From Solirubrobacterales bacterium (lineage in GTDB: Bacteria > Actinomycetota > Thermoleophilia > Solirubrobacterales > 70-9): DNA of 64,000 nucleotides. Shown here one piece after another: positions 27,228 to 36,134 of this stretch. The translations under genes and the position numbers were made by a program. The stretch is from contig DASZNP010000063.1 of assembly GCA_035551255.1 (NCBI GenBank), forward strand, positions 2,940 through 66,939. Direction: 5' to 3'. The stretch's first letter is position 1, and each line of letters starts with the position of its first letter. The notes under the pieces were generated by a model. It searched no databases. It had not been told where the DNA came from and saw only the letters and a list, made by a program, of their open reading frames with translations.

Positions 27228-28247
27228 ATGACGCGCCTCCGGATCCCGGCGATCGCCCTCGCCGCCCTGGCCCTCGCGCTCGCCCTCGCGGCCTGCGGCG
27301 CCAAGAGCGAGGGAGGCGGCAGCGAACGCGAAAGCTTCAGCCTCACGCTCGACTTCTACCCCAACCCCGACCACGCCGGGATCTACATGGCGCAGAAGCT
27401 CGGCTACTTCGAAGAAGCCGGGCTCGACGTCAACATCGCCGCCCCCTCCGACCCGGCCGCGCCGGTCAAGCAGGTCGCCGCCGGCCGCACCGACTTGGCG
27501 ATCACCTACGAGCCCGAGGTCGCACTCGCCCATGACCAAGGCCTCGACGTCGTCGCCGTCGGCGCCCTCGTCAACCGCCCGCTGACCTCGCTGATCTGGC
27601 TGAACGAATCGGGGATCAAAGGCGTCGGCGACCTCAAAGGCAAAACGATCGCCACCGCCGGCATCCCCTATCAGGACGCCTTCCTGAAGACGATCCTCGC
27701 CCGCGTCCACCTCACCCCCGACGACGTCAAGTCGGTCAACGTCGGCTTCGGCCTGATCCCCGCCCTCGCCAGTGGCTCGGCTCAGGCGATGCTCGGCGGC
27801 TACAGCAACGTCGAGGGCGTCGACCTGCGCGAGCGCGGCAAGGCGCCGGTGGTGACGCCAGTCGACCAGCTCGGCGTCCCGACCTACGACGAGCTCGTCT
27901 TCGTCGCCAACCGCGAAAAGCTCGAAGAAGACCCGCAGAAGTTCCACCTCTTCCTCGCCGCCCTGGAGCGCGGGACGAAGGCGGCCGCCGAAAAACCGAG
28001 TGAAGCGACGACCACGATCACCGAAGCCAACCCCGACCTCGAACCGAAACTGGCCGCGGCCGAGGTGAAAGCGACGCTACCGCTGCTCAGCGCCGAAACC
28101 GGCAACCAGCCCTACGGCTACATGGACCCGAAGGAGTGGGAAGCGTTCGTCGGCTGGATGCGCGACAACGAACTGATCGGCTCGCTGCCGAAAGCGAGCG
28201 AACTGCTCGACAACAGCTACCTGCCCTCGGGCGAAATCCCCGAATAG
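27228..28247 (+). CDS. ABC substrate-binding lipoprotein (NMT1/THI5-like, SsuA/TauA-type)
   Basis: 339 aa with the lipobox LALALAACGAK. It is the last gene of the ABC operon. Confidence 0.85.
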   Translation: MTRLRIPAIALAALALALALAACGAKSEGGGSERESFSLTLDFYPNPDHAGIYMAQKLGYFEEAGLDVNIAAPSDPAAPVKQVAAGRTDLAITYEPEVALAHDQGLDVVAVGALVNRPLTSLIWLNESGIKGVGDLKGKTIATAGIPYQDAFLKTILARVHLTPDDVKSVNVGFGLIPALASGSAQAMLGGYSNVEGVDLRERGKAPVVTPVDQLGVPTYDELVFVANREKLEEDPQKFHLFLAALERGTKAAAEKPSEATTTITEANPDLEPKLAAAEVKATLPLLSAETGNQPYGYMDPKEWEAFVGWMRDNELIGSLPKASELLDNSYLPSGEIPE

Positions 28248-30514
28248 CTCAGGTCGCCTTCGGCGATCAGCCGGCTTACCTCACGCTCCGGCATCGCCGC
28301 GTGGAAAAGATGTCCCTGGGCGAAGTCACAGCCGAGGCGCTGCAGCTCGGAGAGTTGGACCTCGCTCTCGACCCCCTCGGCGATCACCTCCAGCGAGAGC
28401 CCCCGGGCCATGCCGATGATCGCCTCGACGATCGCCGTCGCCTCCTGCTCGATCCCCAGCGCCTCGACGAAGGAGCAGTCGATCTTCAGCGCATCGAACG
28501 GGAAGCGGTGGAGGTAGGCGAGCGAGGAGTAGCCGGTGCCGAAGTCGTCGAGGACGAGGCGGACGCCGAGCTCGCTCAGCGCTTCCAGCGATGAGATCGC
28601 GGTCGCCGATTCGTCGACGAGCACGCTCTCGGTGATCTCCAGCCGCAGGTGGATCGGGTCGAGTCCAGTGCGGGCGAGCACCTCCTCGACGGTGCCCGGC
28701 AGGTCGCGGTGGGCGGCCTGGCGAGCGGAGAGGTTGACGGCGACGTCGAAGGGGCGGGCGTCGGGCCGCAACTGCTGCCAGGTCAGCGCCTGCCGACAGG
28801 CGCGCTCCTGAACCCAGCGGCCGATCGGCTCGATCATGCCGCTGTCCTCGGCGATCGAGACGAATTCGCCGGGGTCGAGCATCCCCCGCTCGGGGTGGCG
28901 CCAGCGGACCAGCGCCTCTAAGCCGTTGATCTCTCCCGTGCGCAGGTTGACGACCGGCTGGTAGTAGAGCGCTAGCTCATCGCCGTCGATCGCCTGACGC
29001 AGGTCGCGTTCGATCTCCAGCCGCCGCATCGCCGCCGCCCGCATCTCGGCGTCGAAGAGGACGCAGCGCGAGCGCCCACCCTCCTTCGCCCGGTACATCG
29101 CCGCGTCGGCGTCGCGGATCAGCAGCTCGGCGTTGACCGGCCGCTCCCTCGCGCCACCGGCGACGGCAACGCCGATGCTGGCGCTGACGAAGTGCTCGAC
29201 GCCGTCGATCGCGAAAGGCTGGGCGAAGGCGGCGGCGACCCGGTCAGCGATCGCCATCGCCTCGCCTTCGTCGGCGAGGCGGTCGATCAGGACCCCGAAC
29301 TCGTCGCCGCCGAAGCGAGCGACGACGTCCCCCGGCCGCAGGTGCGAGCGCAGCCGCGGCGCCACCGCCCGCAGCAGCGCGTCGCCGGCGTGGTGGCCGA
29401 GGCTGTCGTTGATCAGCTTGAAGTGGTCGAGATCGAGAAAGAGGATGCCGACCGGCGAGCCGGAGATCGCCGCTTTGGAGAGCGACTCGTTGAGGGAGTC
29501 CACGAAGCTGAGCCGGTTAGGCAGGCCGGTGAGGGCGTCGTGGAGGACGCGGTAGCGCAGCGCCTGGTCAGCGCTGTGGCGTTCGAGCGCGTCGGCGAGG
29601 ACGTTGGCGGCAGCCTGCACGAAGGGGACGTCTTTGGCGCTGAAGCGGTGGCGGTCGGTGGCGTGGACGTCGAGGACGCCGAAGGGCCGGTTCTTGCCAT
29701 CGATGACGACGGCGAGGCTGCTGGCGGCTCCGAAGGCGCGCAGGACCGGCGGCATCGTGTGGCGCGTCTCCTGCTCCCAGTCGGCAACGACGGTGTGGGT
29801 GCCGGTGTCGAGCGCGGCGCCGGCGTGGGAGTCGCGCGAGGCGGAGACGCGGCGGCCGGCGCCGATCGCCGCCTCCTCGAGACCGGCCCGGAGGTTAAGC
29901 CGGCGCCCGTCGCGGTCGAGCTCCCAGATGCAGGCGCTGTGGATCCCCTCGACTTTGCGGATCAGCTCCGTGGCGATCTCCATCAGCTCCTGCGGCTCAC
30001 CGTCCTGCAGGGCACGCTCGCCGAGCCGAGCGACGACCGCCTGCTGGGAGAGCGAGCGCTGCAGCTCTCCCTCGGCCCGTTTGCGTTCGCTGACGTCGTA
30101 GAGGACGCCGTGCCAGATCGGCACCCCGTCCTCGTCGGCTTCCAGCACCGCCTCGTCCTGGATCCAGACGACCTCGCCGTCGCGCCTGACCATCCGGTAG
30201 GCGATCGGCCCCGTCTCGCGCTCACCGAGATGCACTTCGCTTTCGGACCTCAGCACCCGCTCGCGGTCCTCCGGGTGCACGAGGCTCGCCCAGAGCCCAG
30301 GGTCGCGGACGAACTCCTCCGGGGTGTAGCCGAGGATCTCCTCCACCTGCGGACTGACATAGCGCCAGCACCCGTGTTCGCCGAGCTCGGCGGTGTAGAC
30401 AACCACCGGCAAGCGCTCGACCAGACGGCGGAAGTCCTGACCGCCGGTGGCCAGCTCGTTGACGAACCGCTGCACCTCATGCTCAGGCCAGTTCCTGTCC
30501 GGGGGGCGGTGCAT
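28217..30514 (-). CDS. PAS-GAF-GGDEF-EAL signalling protein (c-di-GMP cyclase/phosphodiesterase)
   Basis: I moved the start to the ATG at 30514 (MHRPPDRNW). The upstream 199 codons of the track ORF are Arg/Pro/Gly-rich and overlap the AlkA-like gene. Domain motifs are RFGGDEFGVL, EALVRW and DDFGTGYSSL. Confidence 0.9.
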   Translation of the reverse strand: MHRPPDRNWPEHEVQRFVNELATGGQDFRRLVERLPVVVYTAELGEHGCWRYVSPQVEEILGYTPEEFVRDPGLWASLVHPEDRERVLRSESEVHLGERETGPIAYRMVRRDGEVVWIQDEAVLEADEDGVPIWHGVLYDVSERKRAEGELQRSLSQQAVVARLGERALQDGEPQELMEIATELIRKVEGIHSACIWELDRDGRRLNLRAGLEEAAIGAGRRVSASRDSHAGAALDTGTHTVVADWEQETRHTMPPVLRAFGAASSLAVVIDGKNRPFGVLDVHATDRHRFSAKDVPFVQAAANVLADALERHSADQALRYRVLHDALTGLPNRLSFVDSLNESLSKAAISGSPVGILFLDLDHFKLINDSLGHHAGDALLRAVAPRLRSHLRPGDVVARFGGDEFGVLIDRLADEGEAMAIADRVAAAFAQPFAIDGVEHFVSASIGVAVAGGARERPVNAELLIRDADAAMYRAKEGGRSRCVLFDAEMRAAAMRRLEIERDLRQAIDGDELALYYQPVVNLRTGEINGLEALVRWRHPERGMLDPGEFVSIAEDSGMIEPIGRWVQERACRQALTWQQLRPDARPFDVAVNLSARQAAHRDLPGTVEEVLARTGLDPIHLRLEITESVLVDESATAISSLEALSELGVRLVLDDFGTGYSSLAYLHRFPFDALKIDCSFVEALGIEQEATAIVEAIIGMARGLSLEVIAEGVESEVQLSELQRLGCDFAQGHLFHAAMPEREVSRLIAEGDLSYSGISPEGR

Positions 30515-30561
30515 CACCCCCTTATCGACCTGCCGCGAGGGCCGCTTGAGCTTGTCGATCC

Positions 30562-31542
30562 TTATGCCGCGAGGCGCAACGGCGGGCCCTGCGGCAGGAG
30601 CTTGTAGAGCCCGGCGAGGGTGAGAACGCCGACCAGGCCCCGGTAGGGCTCGTAGGGCGCGTAGAACTCTTCGACCTCGGGGACCGTCGCCCGCCGGCCC
30701 TGGCCGGAGAGGCGGCCGACCAGCTTGATGTAGCCGAGGTCGCCGGCCGGCAGCGAGTCGAGTTCGTTGCGGCCGAAGAGGCCCAAGCACTGGACGGTCC
30801 AAGGACCGATCTGCGGCTGCGCCAGCAGGCGCTTGTCGCCCTCCGGGTCCTCGATCCGGCAGCGGCCGGCGGCGACGTCGCGGGCGAGCCGGCGCAGCGC
30901 TACCGCCCGTTTGCCGACCAGTTCCATCTGCTCCAGTTCGGCCGGGGCGCGGCCGGCGATCGCTGTCGGTCCGGGGACGTCGCGCAGCGCCGTCCGCCCC
31001 TCCCCCAGGCGCGGGCCCCAGCGGCCGGCGATCCGCCGCTCGATCAGCGCCGCCCGCTGGGCCTCGATCAGCTGCCCGACGACGGCGGCGGCAAGCGCCT
31101 CCCAGGGCCACGGCCGGCCCTGCGGGCGGAAGCCGGGCATGCGGCGGATCAGCGGACCGACCAGCCGGTCGCGACGAAAGCGCTTGTAGAAGTCGGAGAG
31201 GTCGATGTCGACCCAGAGGGCGCAGCGCATCCGCTCGATCGCCTCTTCGAGCTGCTCGCGCCCCGCTCCATCCCCGCAGGGGCCACCCGCGATCGGTGGG
31301 ACGGAGACGAGCTTGGGATCAACCGCCTCGGCCCGGAAGCGCACCCGGTCGCGCGCCGGCTGCCAGGCCCGGACCAGCACCGGGCAGCCGTCGACGTGGA
31401 GCAGCCGGGTAGCCACCCCGCCCCGCACCCGCAGAGTCCGATCGGTGCTGCCCCGAGGCATTCGGTAGGGCGACGGCGGGCGCACCTCCACCTCGACGGG
31501 ACGATTTCCCTCCATATAGGGGTACTTCCGTCCCGTCGGCAC
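30562..31542 (-). CDS. DNA-3-methyladenine glycosylase II-like (AlkA, HhH-GPD superfamily)
   Basis: 326 aa with an HhH-GPD region (IGPWTVQCLGLFGRNELDSLPAGDLGYIKLVGRL). Confidence 0.8.
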   Translation of the reverse strand: MPTGRKYPYMEGNRPVEVEVRPPSPYRMPRGSTDRTLRVRGGVATRLLHVDGCPVLVRAWQPARDRVRFRAEAVDPKLVSVPPIAGGPCGDGAGREQLEEAIERMRCALWVDIDLSDFYKRFRRDRLVGPLIRRMPGFRPQGRPWPWEALAAAVVGQLIEAQRAALIERRIAGRWGPRLGEGRTALRDVPGPTAIAGRAPAELEQMELVGKRAVALRRLARDVAAGRCRIEDPEGDKRLLAQPQIGPWTVQCLGLFGRNELDSLPAGDLGYIKLVGRLSGQGRRATVPEVEEFYAPYEPYRGLVGVLTLAGLYKLLPQGPPLRLAA

Positions 31543-31544
31543 GG

Positions 31545-31970
31545 TTAGCGGCCGAGCAGGTGTACGTCGATCAGGAACGAGCGGCTGGCGACGACGTTTT
31601 CGCGGGGGCCGCGGCGGCCGAGCGAGCGGCGCTGGGGCCGCACCTTGGCGGCAGCGCTGCTGACCGCCCGCACCGCGGCAACCGTGGCGGCACCCGCTAG
31701 CACACCCCCAGCCGTGGCAAGCACGGCAGTACGCACCTCAGGCCGCAGGGCCAGAGAAGTTCCGGACTGCTCCTCGTAAGTCGAGGGGAGGGGACGAACC
31801 GGGTCGGTCGCCTCGCCCGAGCCGGCGTCTTCTTCGGCGATGACCTCGCCGTCTAGCTGCAACTCGTCCACCGAAGCGACTCTAGCGGGACGAGGGGTCG
31901 GGTCTCTGGGGTCATCGCCTAATTCCCGGAACTTCGGGTTAGGCGGTCGCAGCGGCGCACCGCTGGGCAT
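31545..31970 (-). CDS. Hypothetical protein with C-terminal hydrophobic segment
   Basis: Internal Met (MPSGAPLRPP) of track ORF 31545-32150. The 5' part of that ORF overlaps the DUF2442 gene. No family recognised. Confidence 0.3.
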   Translation of the reverse strand: MPSGAPLRPPNPKFRELGDDPRDPTPRPARVASVDELQLDGEVIAEEDAGSGEATDPVRPLPSTYEEQSGTSLALRPEVRTAVLATAGGVLAGAATVAAVRAVSSAAAKVRPQRRSLGRRGPRENVVASRSFLIDVHLLGR

Positions 31971-32205
31971 GCGCGTACAGCGTCTCCGGCGCAATATCGG
32001 CTTTATTCGGCCAGACAATCGTGCCCGCCTCAGTGTCCGCACGCAGCTGTCGGAAAAAGTCCAGATCCCGAAGCGGCTTGAAGACCCCCCCGTAATCAAG
32101 GAGATAAGACAGATCGACCTCTGCGGAAAGGCCGTCGGCGAAACGAACATCGACTAGGTAGCCCTCGGATGCTTTCGCGTCAAGTAGAAGGGGCGTGCTG
32201 CGCAT
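31939..32205 (-). CDS. DUF2442 family protein
   Basis: 88 aa. YLVDVRFADGLSAEVDLSYLLDYGGVFKPLRDLDFFRQ fits my recollection of DUF2442. It is paired with DUF4160 immediately upstream. Confidence 0.75.
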   Translation of the reverse strand: MRSTPLLLDAKASEGYLVDVRFADGLSAEVDLSYLLDYGGVFKPLRDLDFFRQLRADTEAGTIVWPNKADIAPETLYAHAQRCAAATA

Positions 32206-32223
32206 GGGTCGATGGTAGAGGCC

Positions 32224-32493
32224 CTATGGCAAAGGCTCAACGGCTATCAGCGGATGATGCTCACGAGCCCGCCTCCAGTTGTCATGCAGCTCAGCTTGAC
32301 GCGCAGCGGCCCAGTCGCTCACAAGACGCCGCACCCGGGGTGGCAAGTGACCAGCGAGGACCGCCAAATTTTCGAAGTCGAAGGCCGCCTCTGCCTCGCC
32401 ATAACGAGCATGGAAATGGGGGCGACCTTCATGGTGAGTCTCGTCGTAATACATCCAGATCGTGATCCCATAGAAGCTGCATATCTGCGGCAC
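32224..32493 (-). CDS. DUF4160 family protein
   Basis: 89 aa. FYGITIWMYYDETHHEGRPHFHARYGE is the characteristic DUF4160 N-terminus. The local GC content is lower. Confidence 0.8.
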   Translation of the reverse strand: MPQICSFYGITIWMYYDETHHEGRPHFHARYGEAEAAFDFENLAVLAGHLPPRVRRLVSDWAAARQAELHDNWRRAREHHPLIAVEPLP

Positions 32494-32593
32494 CCGGGAA
32501 GCGTCCGGCTCCCGCTGTCACAGAACAAGACCTTGGCGTAAAGCTTCTGAACGCTATTTGTCACGAGACCGCGACACCAGCTGAAGAACGCTG

Positions 32594-33727
32594 CTAATTG
32601 CCGCCGACCAGCACCCGCTCGTAAACACGGTACTTCTTGACGATCTCCGCGCTCATCGCCTCGAGACCGCGGTTCATCGCTTCGTTGGTCTCGAGGATCC
32701 AGCCCGCCTCGCCGTGTTTCTGGCGCGAGCGCGCGGCGGTGTCGAAGTGCTCGATGTAGAGCGAGGCCGCCACGCCGGTGTGCTGGTGCTCGGGCTTGAC
32801 ACCGAGGAAGCCGACCCGGACCTGGTCGCAGATCCGGTTGCGCCGCAGGAAGTGCCACCAGCCGAGCGGCAGCAGCCGTCCCTTCATCTTCTTCAGCACC
32901 TGGTTTAAGTCCGGCAGGGTGATCGCCACCGCGATCGTCTCGCCATCCTTTTCGGCGACCATGAACCAGTCCCGCGCGAAGGCCAGGTGCATGTCCATCG
33001 TGTAGGCGTCGAGGTCCTCCTTCGAGTAGGGGACGAAGCCCCAGTTCTCCGACCAGGCGGCGTTGTAGATCTCGGCAAAGCGGTCCATCTCCTTGCGCAG
33101 GTGCCGCCGCGACATCCGCCGAATCTTTACCCCGTGCTCGTTTTTGGCCCGCTCGTCGAGCTCGAAGAGGATCGGCAGCATGTCCTCGCGGTCGCTGATG
33201 TCGAGGAACCAGGAGTAGAGGTCCATCGCCTTCTCTAGCCCGGCGCCCTCGCAGAGGCGCTGGTAGTAGGCAGGCTGCCAGGGCTGGCGGATCAGCGGCT
33301 GCAGCTCATGCCCCTCGATCAGCACCCCGCTCTCCTCGTTCATCGAGAAGTCCATCGGCCCGACCATCCGCTCACAGCCGCGCTGCCGTAGCCAGTCCTC
33401 AGCAGCGTCGAGCAGGGCGGAAATAACCTCAGGGTCGTCCTCCAGCTCGAGGAATCCGAACATCCCCCAGCGGCTGTCGTGGAACTCGTTGAAGGCGTGG
33501 TCGATCTGGGCGCTGATCCGACCGACCACCCGGTCGCCGCGCAGGGCGAGGAAGTATTCGGCCTCGCCATGCTTGAAGTAGGGGTTGAGCCGGCGGTTGA
33601 GGAAAAGGCGGCGCTCCAGTTTCAGCGGCGGCACCCAGGGGGTGCCCGCATGAAGGCGGTAGGGCAGATCGATGAACCGCTTGAGGTCGGCGCCGCCCCG
33701 GACCGGGCGGATCGTCAGGCTTGCCAT
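32594..33727 (-). CDS. GNAT-like N-acyltransferase family protein (377 aa)
   Basis: Conserved-looking N-terminus (IRPVRGGADLKRFIDLPYRLHAGTPWVPPLKLERRLFLNRRLNPYFKHGEAEYFLA). The C-terminal half resembles an acyl-CoA N-acyltransferase fold (GVKPEHQHTGVAASLY). Confidence 0.75.
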   Translation of the reverse strand: MASLTIRPVRGGADLKRFIDLPYRLHAGTPWVPPLKLERRLFLNRRLNPYFKHGEAEYFLALRGDRVVGRISAQIDHAFNEFHDSRWGMFGFLELEDDPEVISALLDAAEDWLRQRGCERMVGPMDFSMNEESGVLIEGHELQPLIRQPWQPAYYQRLCEGAGLEKAMDLYSWFLDISDREDMLPILFELDERAKNEHGVKIRRMSRRHLRKEMDRFAEIYNAAWSENWGFVPYSKEDLDAYTMDMHLAFARDWFMVAEKDGETIAVAITLPDLNQVLKKMKGRLLPLGWWHFLRRNRICDQVRVGFLGVKPEHQHTGVAASLYIEHFDTAARSRQKHGEAGWILETNEAMNRGLEAMSAEIVKKYRVYERVLVGGN

Positions 33728-33754
33728 GGGGCCCGCAACCTACACTCTCGGTAG

Positions 33755-35011
33755 ATGAGCGAGACCGCCAAGGCTCCCGTGGACGTCTTCGAGAAGGCGC
33801 GCAGCCACGACCGCCTCGAGCAGCTCGAAGCCGCGAAAGAGCACGACCTCCTCCCCTACTTCCGCCTGCTGACCTCCCAGGCCGGCCCCGTCGTCGAGAT
33901 GGAGGGGCGGGAGACGATCATGCTCGGCTCCAACAACTACCTCGGGCTGACCGGCGACGAGCGGGTGAAGCAGGGGGCGCGTGAGGCGCTGGAGACGTAT
34001 GGCACCGGCGTCACCGGCTCGCGCCTGCTGAACGGGACGACGCCGCTGCACCTTGACCTTGAGCGCGAGCTGGCCGAGTGGATGCGGACCGAGGACGCGA
34101 TCGTCTACACCACCGGCTACCAGTCGAACGTCGGCTGCATCGGCACGATCCTCGGCCCCGGCGACACCGTGATCTGCGACTCCGGCGACCACGCCTCGAT
34201 CCTCGACGGCTGCCGCCTCTCCGGCGCCAAGCTGCGCCCCTTCCGCCACAACCGCATGGACAAGCTGGAGAAGATGCTCCAGCGGGCGGCGGAGGACGGT
34301 GGCGGCGTCCTCGTCATCGTCGACGGGGTCTTCTCGATGGAGGGCGACGTCTGCGACCTGCCGCGGATCGTCGAGCTCTGCCAGGCCTACGACGCCCGGC
34401 TGATGGTTGACGAGGCGCATGGGGCCGGCGTCCTTGGCGCCCGCGGCGCCGGTGCCAGCGAGCTGTTCGGGCTCGAGGACGAGGTCGACCTGCGGATGGG
34501 GACCTTCTCCAAGAGCCTCGCCTCCTGCGGCGGCTTCATCGCAGGGCCGGCCGACGTGATCGAGTACCTGCGGGTCTCCTCGCGCTCCTTCATCTTCAGC
34601 GCCTCGGCCGTGCCGGCGGCGGTCGGCGCCGCGCTCGCCGCGCTGCGGGTGATCCGCAGCGACGGCCCCGAGCTCTTCGAGCGCCTGCTCTCGAACGCCG
34701 AGTACCTGCGCGAGGGCCTGCGACACCTGGGCCTGAAGGTCATCGAGCCGGGAACCCTCCCCGACGGCACCGTGGCCACCACGCCGGTAGTGCCGGTGAT
34801 GGTCGGCGACGACTGGCAGGCGGTGCTGCTCTGGAAGGCGCTCTTTGACAACGGCGTCTACACCAATGTCGCCATCCACCCGGCAGTACCGCCGGGCGGG
34901 GCGCTGCTGCGGACGAGCCTGATGGCAACGCATGAGCGCGAGCATCTGGACGGCGCCCTGGGGACGATCGCGCGCGTGATCGAGAACTTCCCCGAACTTC
35001 CAAGGGCCTAG
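33755..35011 (+). CDS. Alpha-oxoamine synthase, serine palmitoyltransferase-like PLP enzyme
   Basis: 418 aa. The motifs are LGSNNYLGL, GTGVTGSRLLNGT, PLP-Lys GTFSKSLASCGGF and LLRTSLMATHE. GTFSKS plus the LPYFR N-terminus resembles bacterial SPT more than BioF or KBL. TACACT lies 8 nt upstream of the ATG. Confidence 0.9.
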   Translation: MSETAKAPVDVFEKARSHDRLEQLEAAKEHDLLPYFRLLTSQAGPVVEMEGRETIMLGSNNYLGLTGDERVKQGAREALETYGTGVTGSRLLNGTTPLHLDLERELAEWMRTEDAIVYTTGYQSNVGCIGTILGPGDTVICDSGDHASILDGCRLSGAKLRPFRHNRMDKLEKMLQRAAEDGGGVLVIVDGVFSMEGDVCDLPRIVELCQAYDARLMVDEAHGAGVLGARGAGASELFGLEDEVDLRMGTFSKSLASCGGFIAGPADVIEYLRVSSRSFIFSASAVPAAVGAALAALRVIRSDGPELFERLLSNAEYLREGLRHLGLKVIEPGTLPDGTVATTPVVPVMVGDDWQAVLLWKALFDNGVYTNVAIHPAVPPGGALLRTSLMATHEREHLDGALGTIARVIENFPELPRA

Positions 35012-35312
35012 CTATTGGTCACATTTTCTTGACATCCCCCCACGGGGGTAGTTTCGGCCCTGTTGCTTTTTGGTGAACAGTTCGCAGGGTCCGAAATTGT
35101 TGCTCTTAGCGGATGGGTCGGACGGAAAAGATGTACGCCTGGGTTGACGGCAACTGCCCAGAAGACATAGCTTGGCCCCCTCGCCGAATGACCCGGGCGG
35201 GACGTTCGGAAAGACGAAGTCGGTCCGTTAGGACCAGGGCCCTGGGAGGGCTCGGTCCTCAGCCGGATACGACATACCCCAGTTATTTCGATTCCTTGAA
35301 GGGAGGAGTCCA

Positions 35313-35678
35313 GTGGAAGCTGCCTCAACGGCACCACCATCGAACATCGCCTCAAGTGAGGCTCCGCAGCACATGAGGGCCCTAGAGCGGGCCAACAGGG
35401 TGCGGCTGGCAAGAGCGGAGCTGAAGCGCGCGATCGCGCGAGGCGACATGGATGCCGCGGAGGTGGTTCGCGACTGCCCGTGGGAGACCGAGAGCATGAC
35501 CATCGCCGAGCTGCTGACCAGCCAGCGGCGGTGGGGCCGCACCCGGGCCCGCAAGTTCCTGGTACCGCTCTCGCTGAACGAGAACAAGCAGCTGGGAACG
35601 CTGACCGAGCGGCAGCGACGGATGCTGGCGCAGGAGCTGGCGACCCGCTCGACGGCCCGCGAGGCGGTCGCCGCTTAG
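35313..35678 (+). CDS. mihF: Integration host factor, actinobacterial type (mIHF-like)
   Basis: 121 aa. RALERANRVRLARAELKRAIARGDMDAAEVV ... ELLTSQRRWGRTRARKFL ... LGTLTERQRRML parallels mIHF. GGGAGGAG lies 4 nt before the GTG at 35313. Confidence 0.65.
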   Translation: MEAASTAPPSNIASSEAPQHMRALERANRVRLARAELKRAIARGDMDAAEVVRDCPWETESMTIAELLTSQRRWGRTRARKFLVPLSLNENKQLGTLTERQRRMLAQELATRSTAREAVAA

Positions 35679-35684
35679 GACTGG

Positions 35685-36134
35685 CTAGCCGCGCATTCCG
35701 CCGATCCGGTAGCTGAGGCCACCGGAGGCGCGTTGGAATGCGCGGCGAGCGAGGTAGAAGACGATCGCGAAGGCAACCGCCCCGATCGCCAGCGCCACCG
35801 CCAGGATCGTGTGGGCGGCGTAGAAGACAAGACCGGTGACCAAGACGAAGGCGGCACCGGCCAAGAGGGTCGTGTGGGAGCGGTAGCCGGCGAAGTGCTC
35901 GCGGATCGCCACCTCGAGGCCGCCCAGTCCAGCCAGCGCCACTCCCACCCCGATCGCGGTCGGGTGGCCGCCGATCACCCCGATCGCCAGCGAGACGATG
36001 CCGGCGAGGATGACCAGCTCGGCCAGGGGGGCGTTGCCCCAGGGAGCAGGTGGGCGCTCATCTGGAACGGAAACCCGTTTCGCGGGTTTCCGCGCATCCC
36101 GCTTCGCGGGTATGCGCGCTTCGCGCTTCGTCAT
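35685..36134 (-). CDS. Hypothetical four-TM membrane protein
   Basis: A Lys/Arg-rich N-terminus is followed by hydrophobic segments. I chose the ATG at 36134 (MTKREARI). It overlaps the 3' end of the upstream gene. Confidence 0.6.
   Translation of the reverse strand: MTKREARIPAKRDARKPAKRVSVPDERPPAPWGNAPLAELVILAGIVSLAIGVIGGHPTAIGVGVALAGLGGLEVAIREHFAGYRSHTTLLAGAAFVLVTGLVFYAAHTILAVALAIGAVAFAIVFYLARRAFQRASGGLSYRIGGMRG

Noticed and set aside
30515-31111. N-terminal 199-codon extension of the GGDEF/EAL ORF (track 28217-31111)
   Set aside because: The extension is Arg/Pro/Gly-rich and overlaps the well-supported AlkA-like gene in another frame. The PAS domain begins right after the internal Met at 30514.
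35029-35054. TTGACA plus TAGTTT as a sigma-70-type promoter for mihF
   Set aside because: The spacer between the two hexamers is only 14 nt, which is too short for a standard promoter. I kept it only as part of the long-leader observation.
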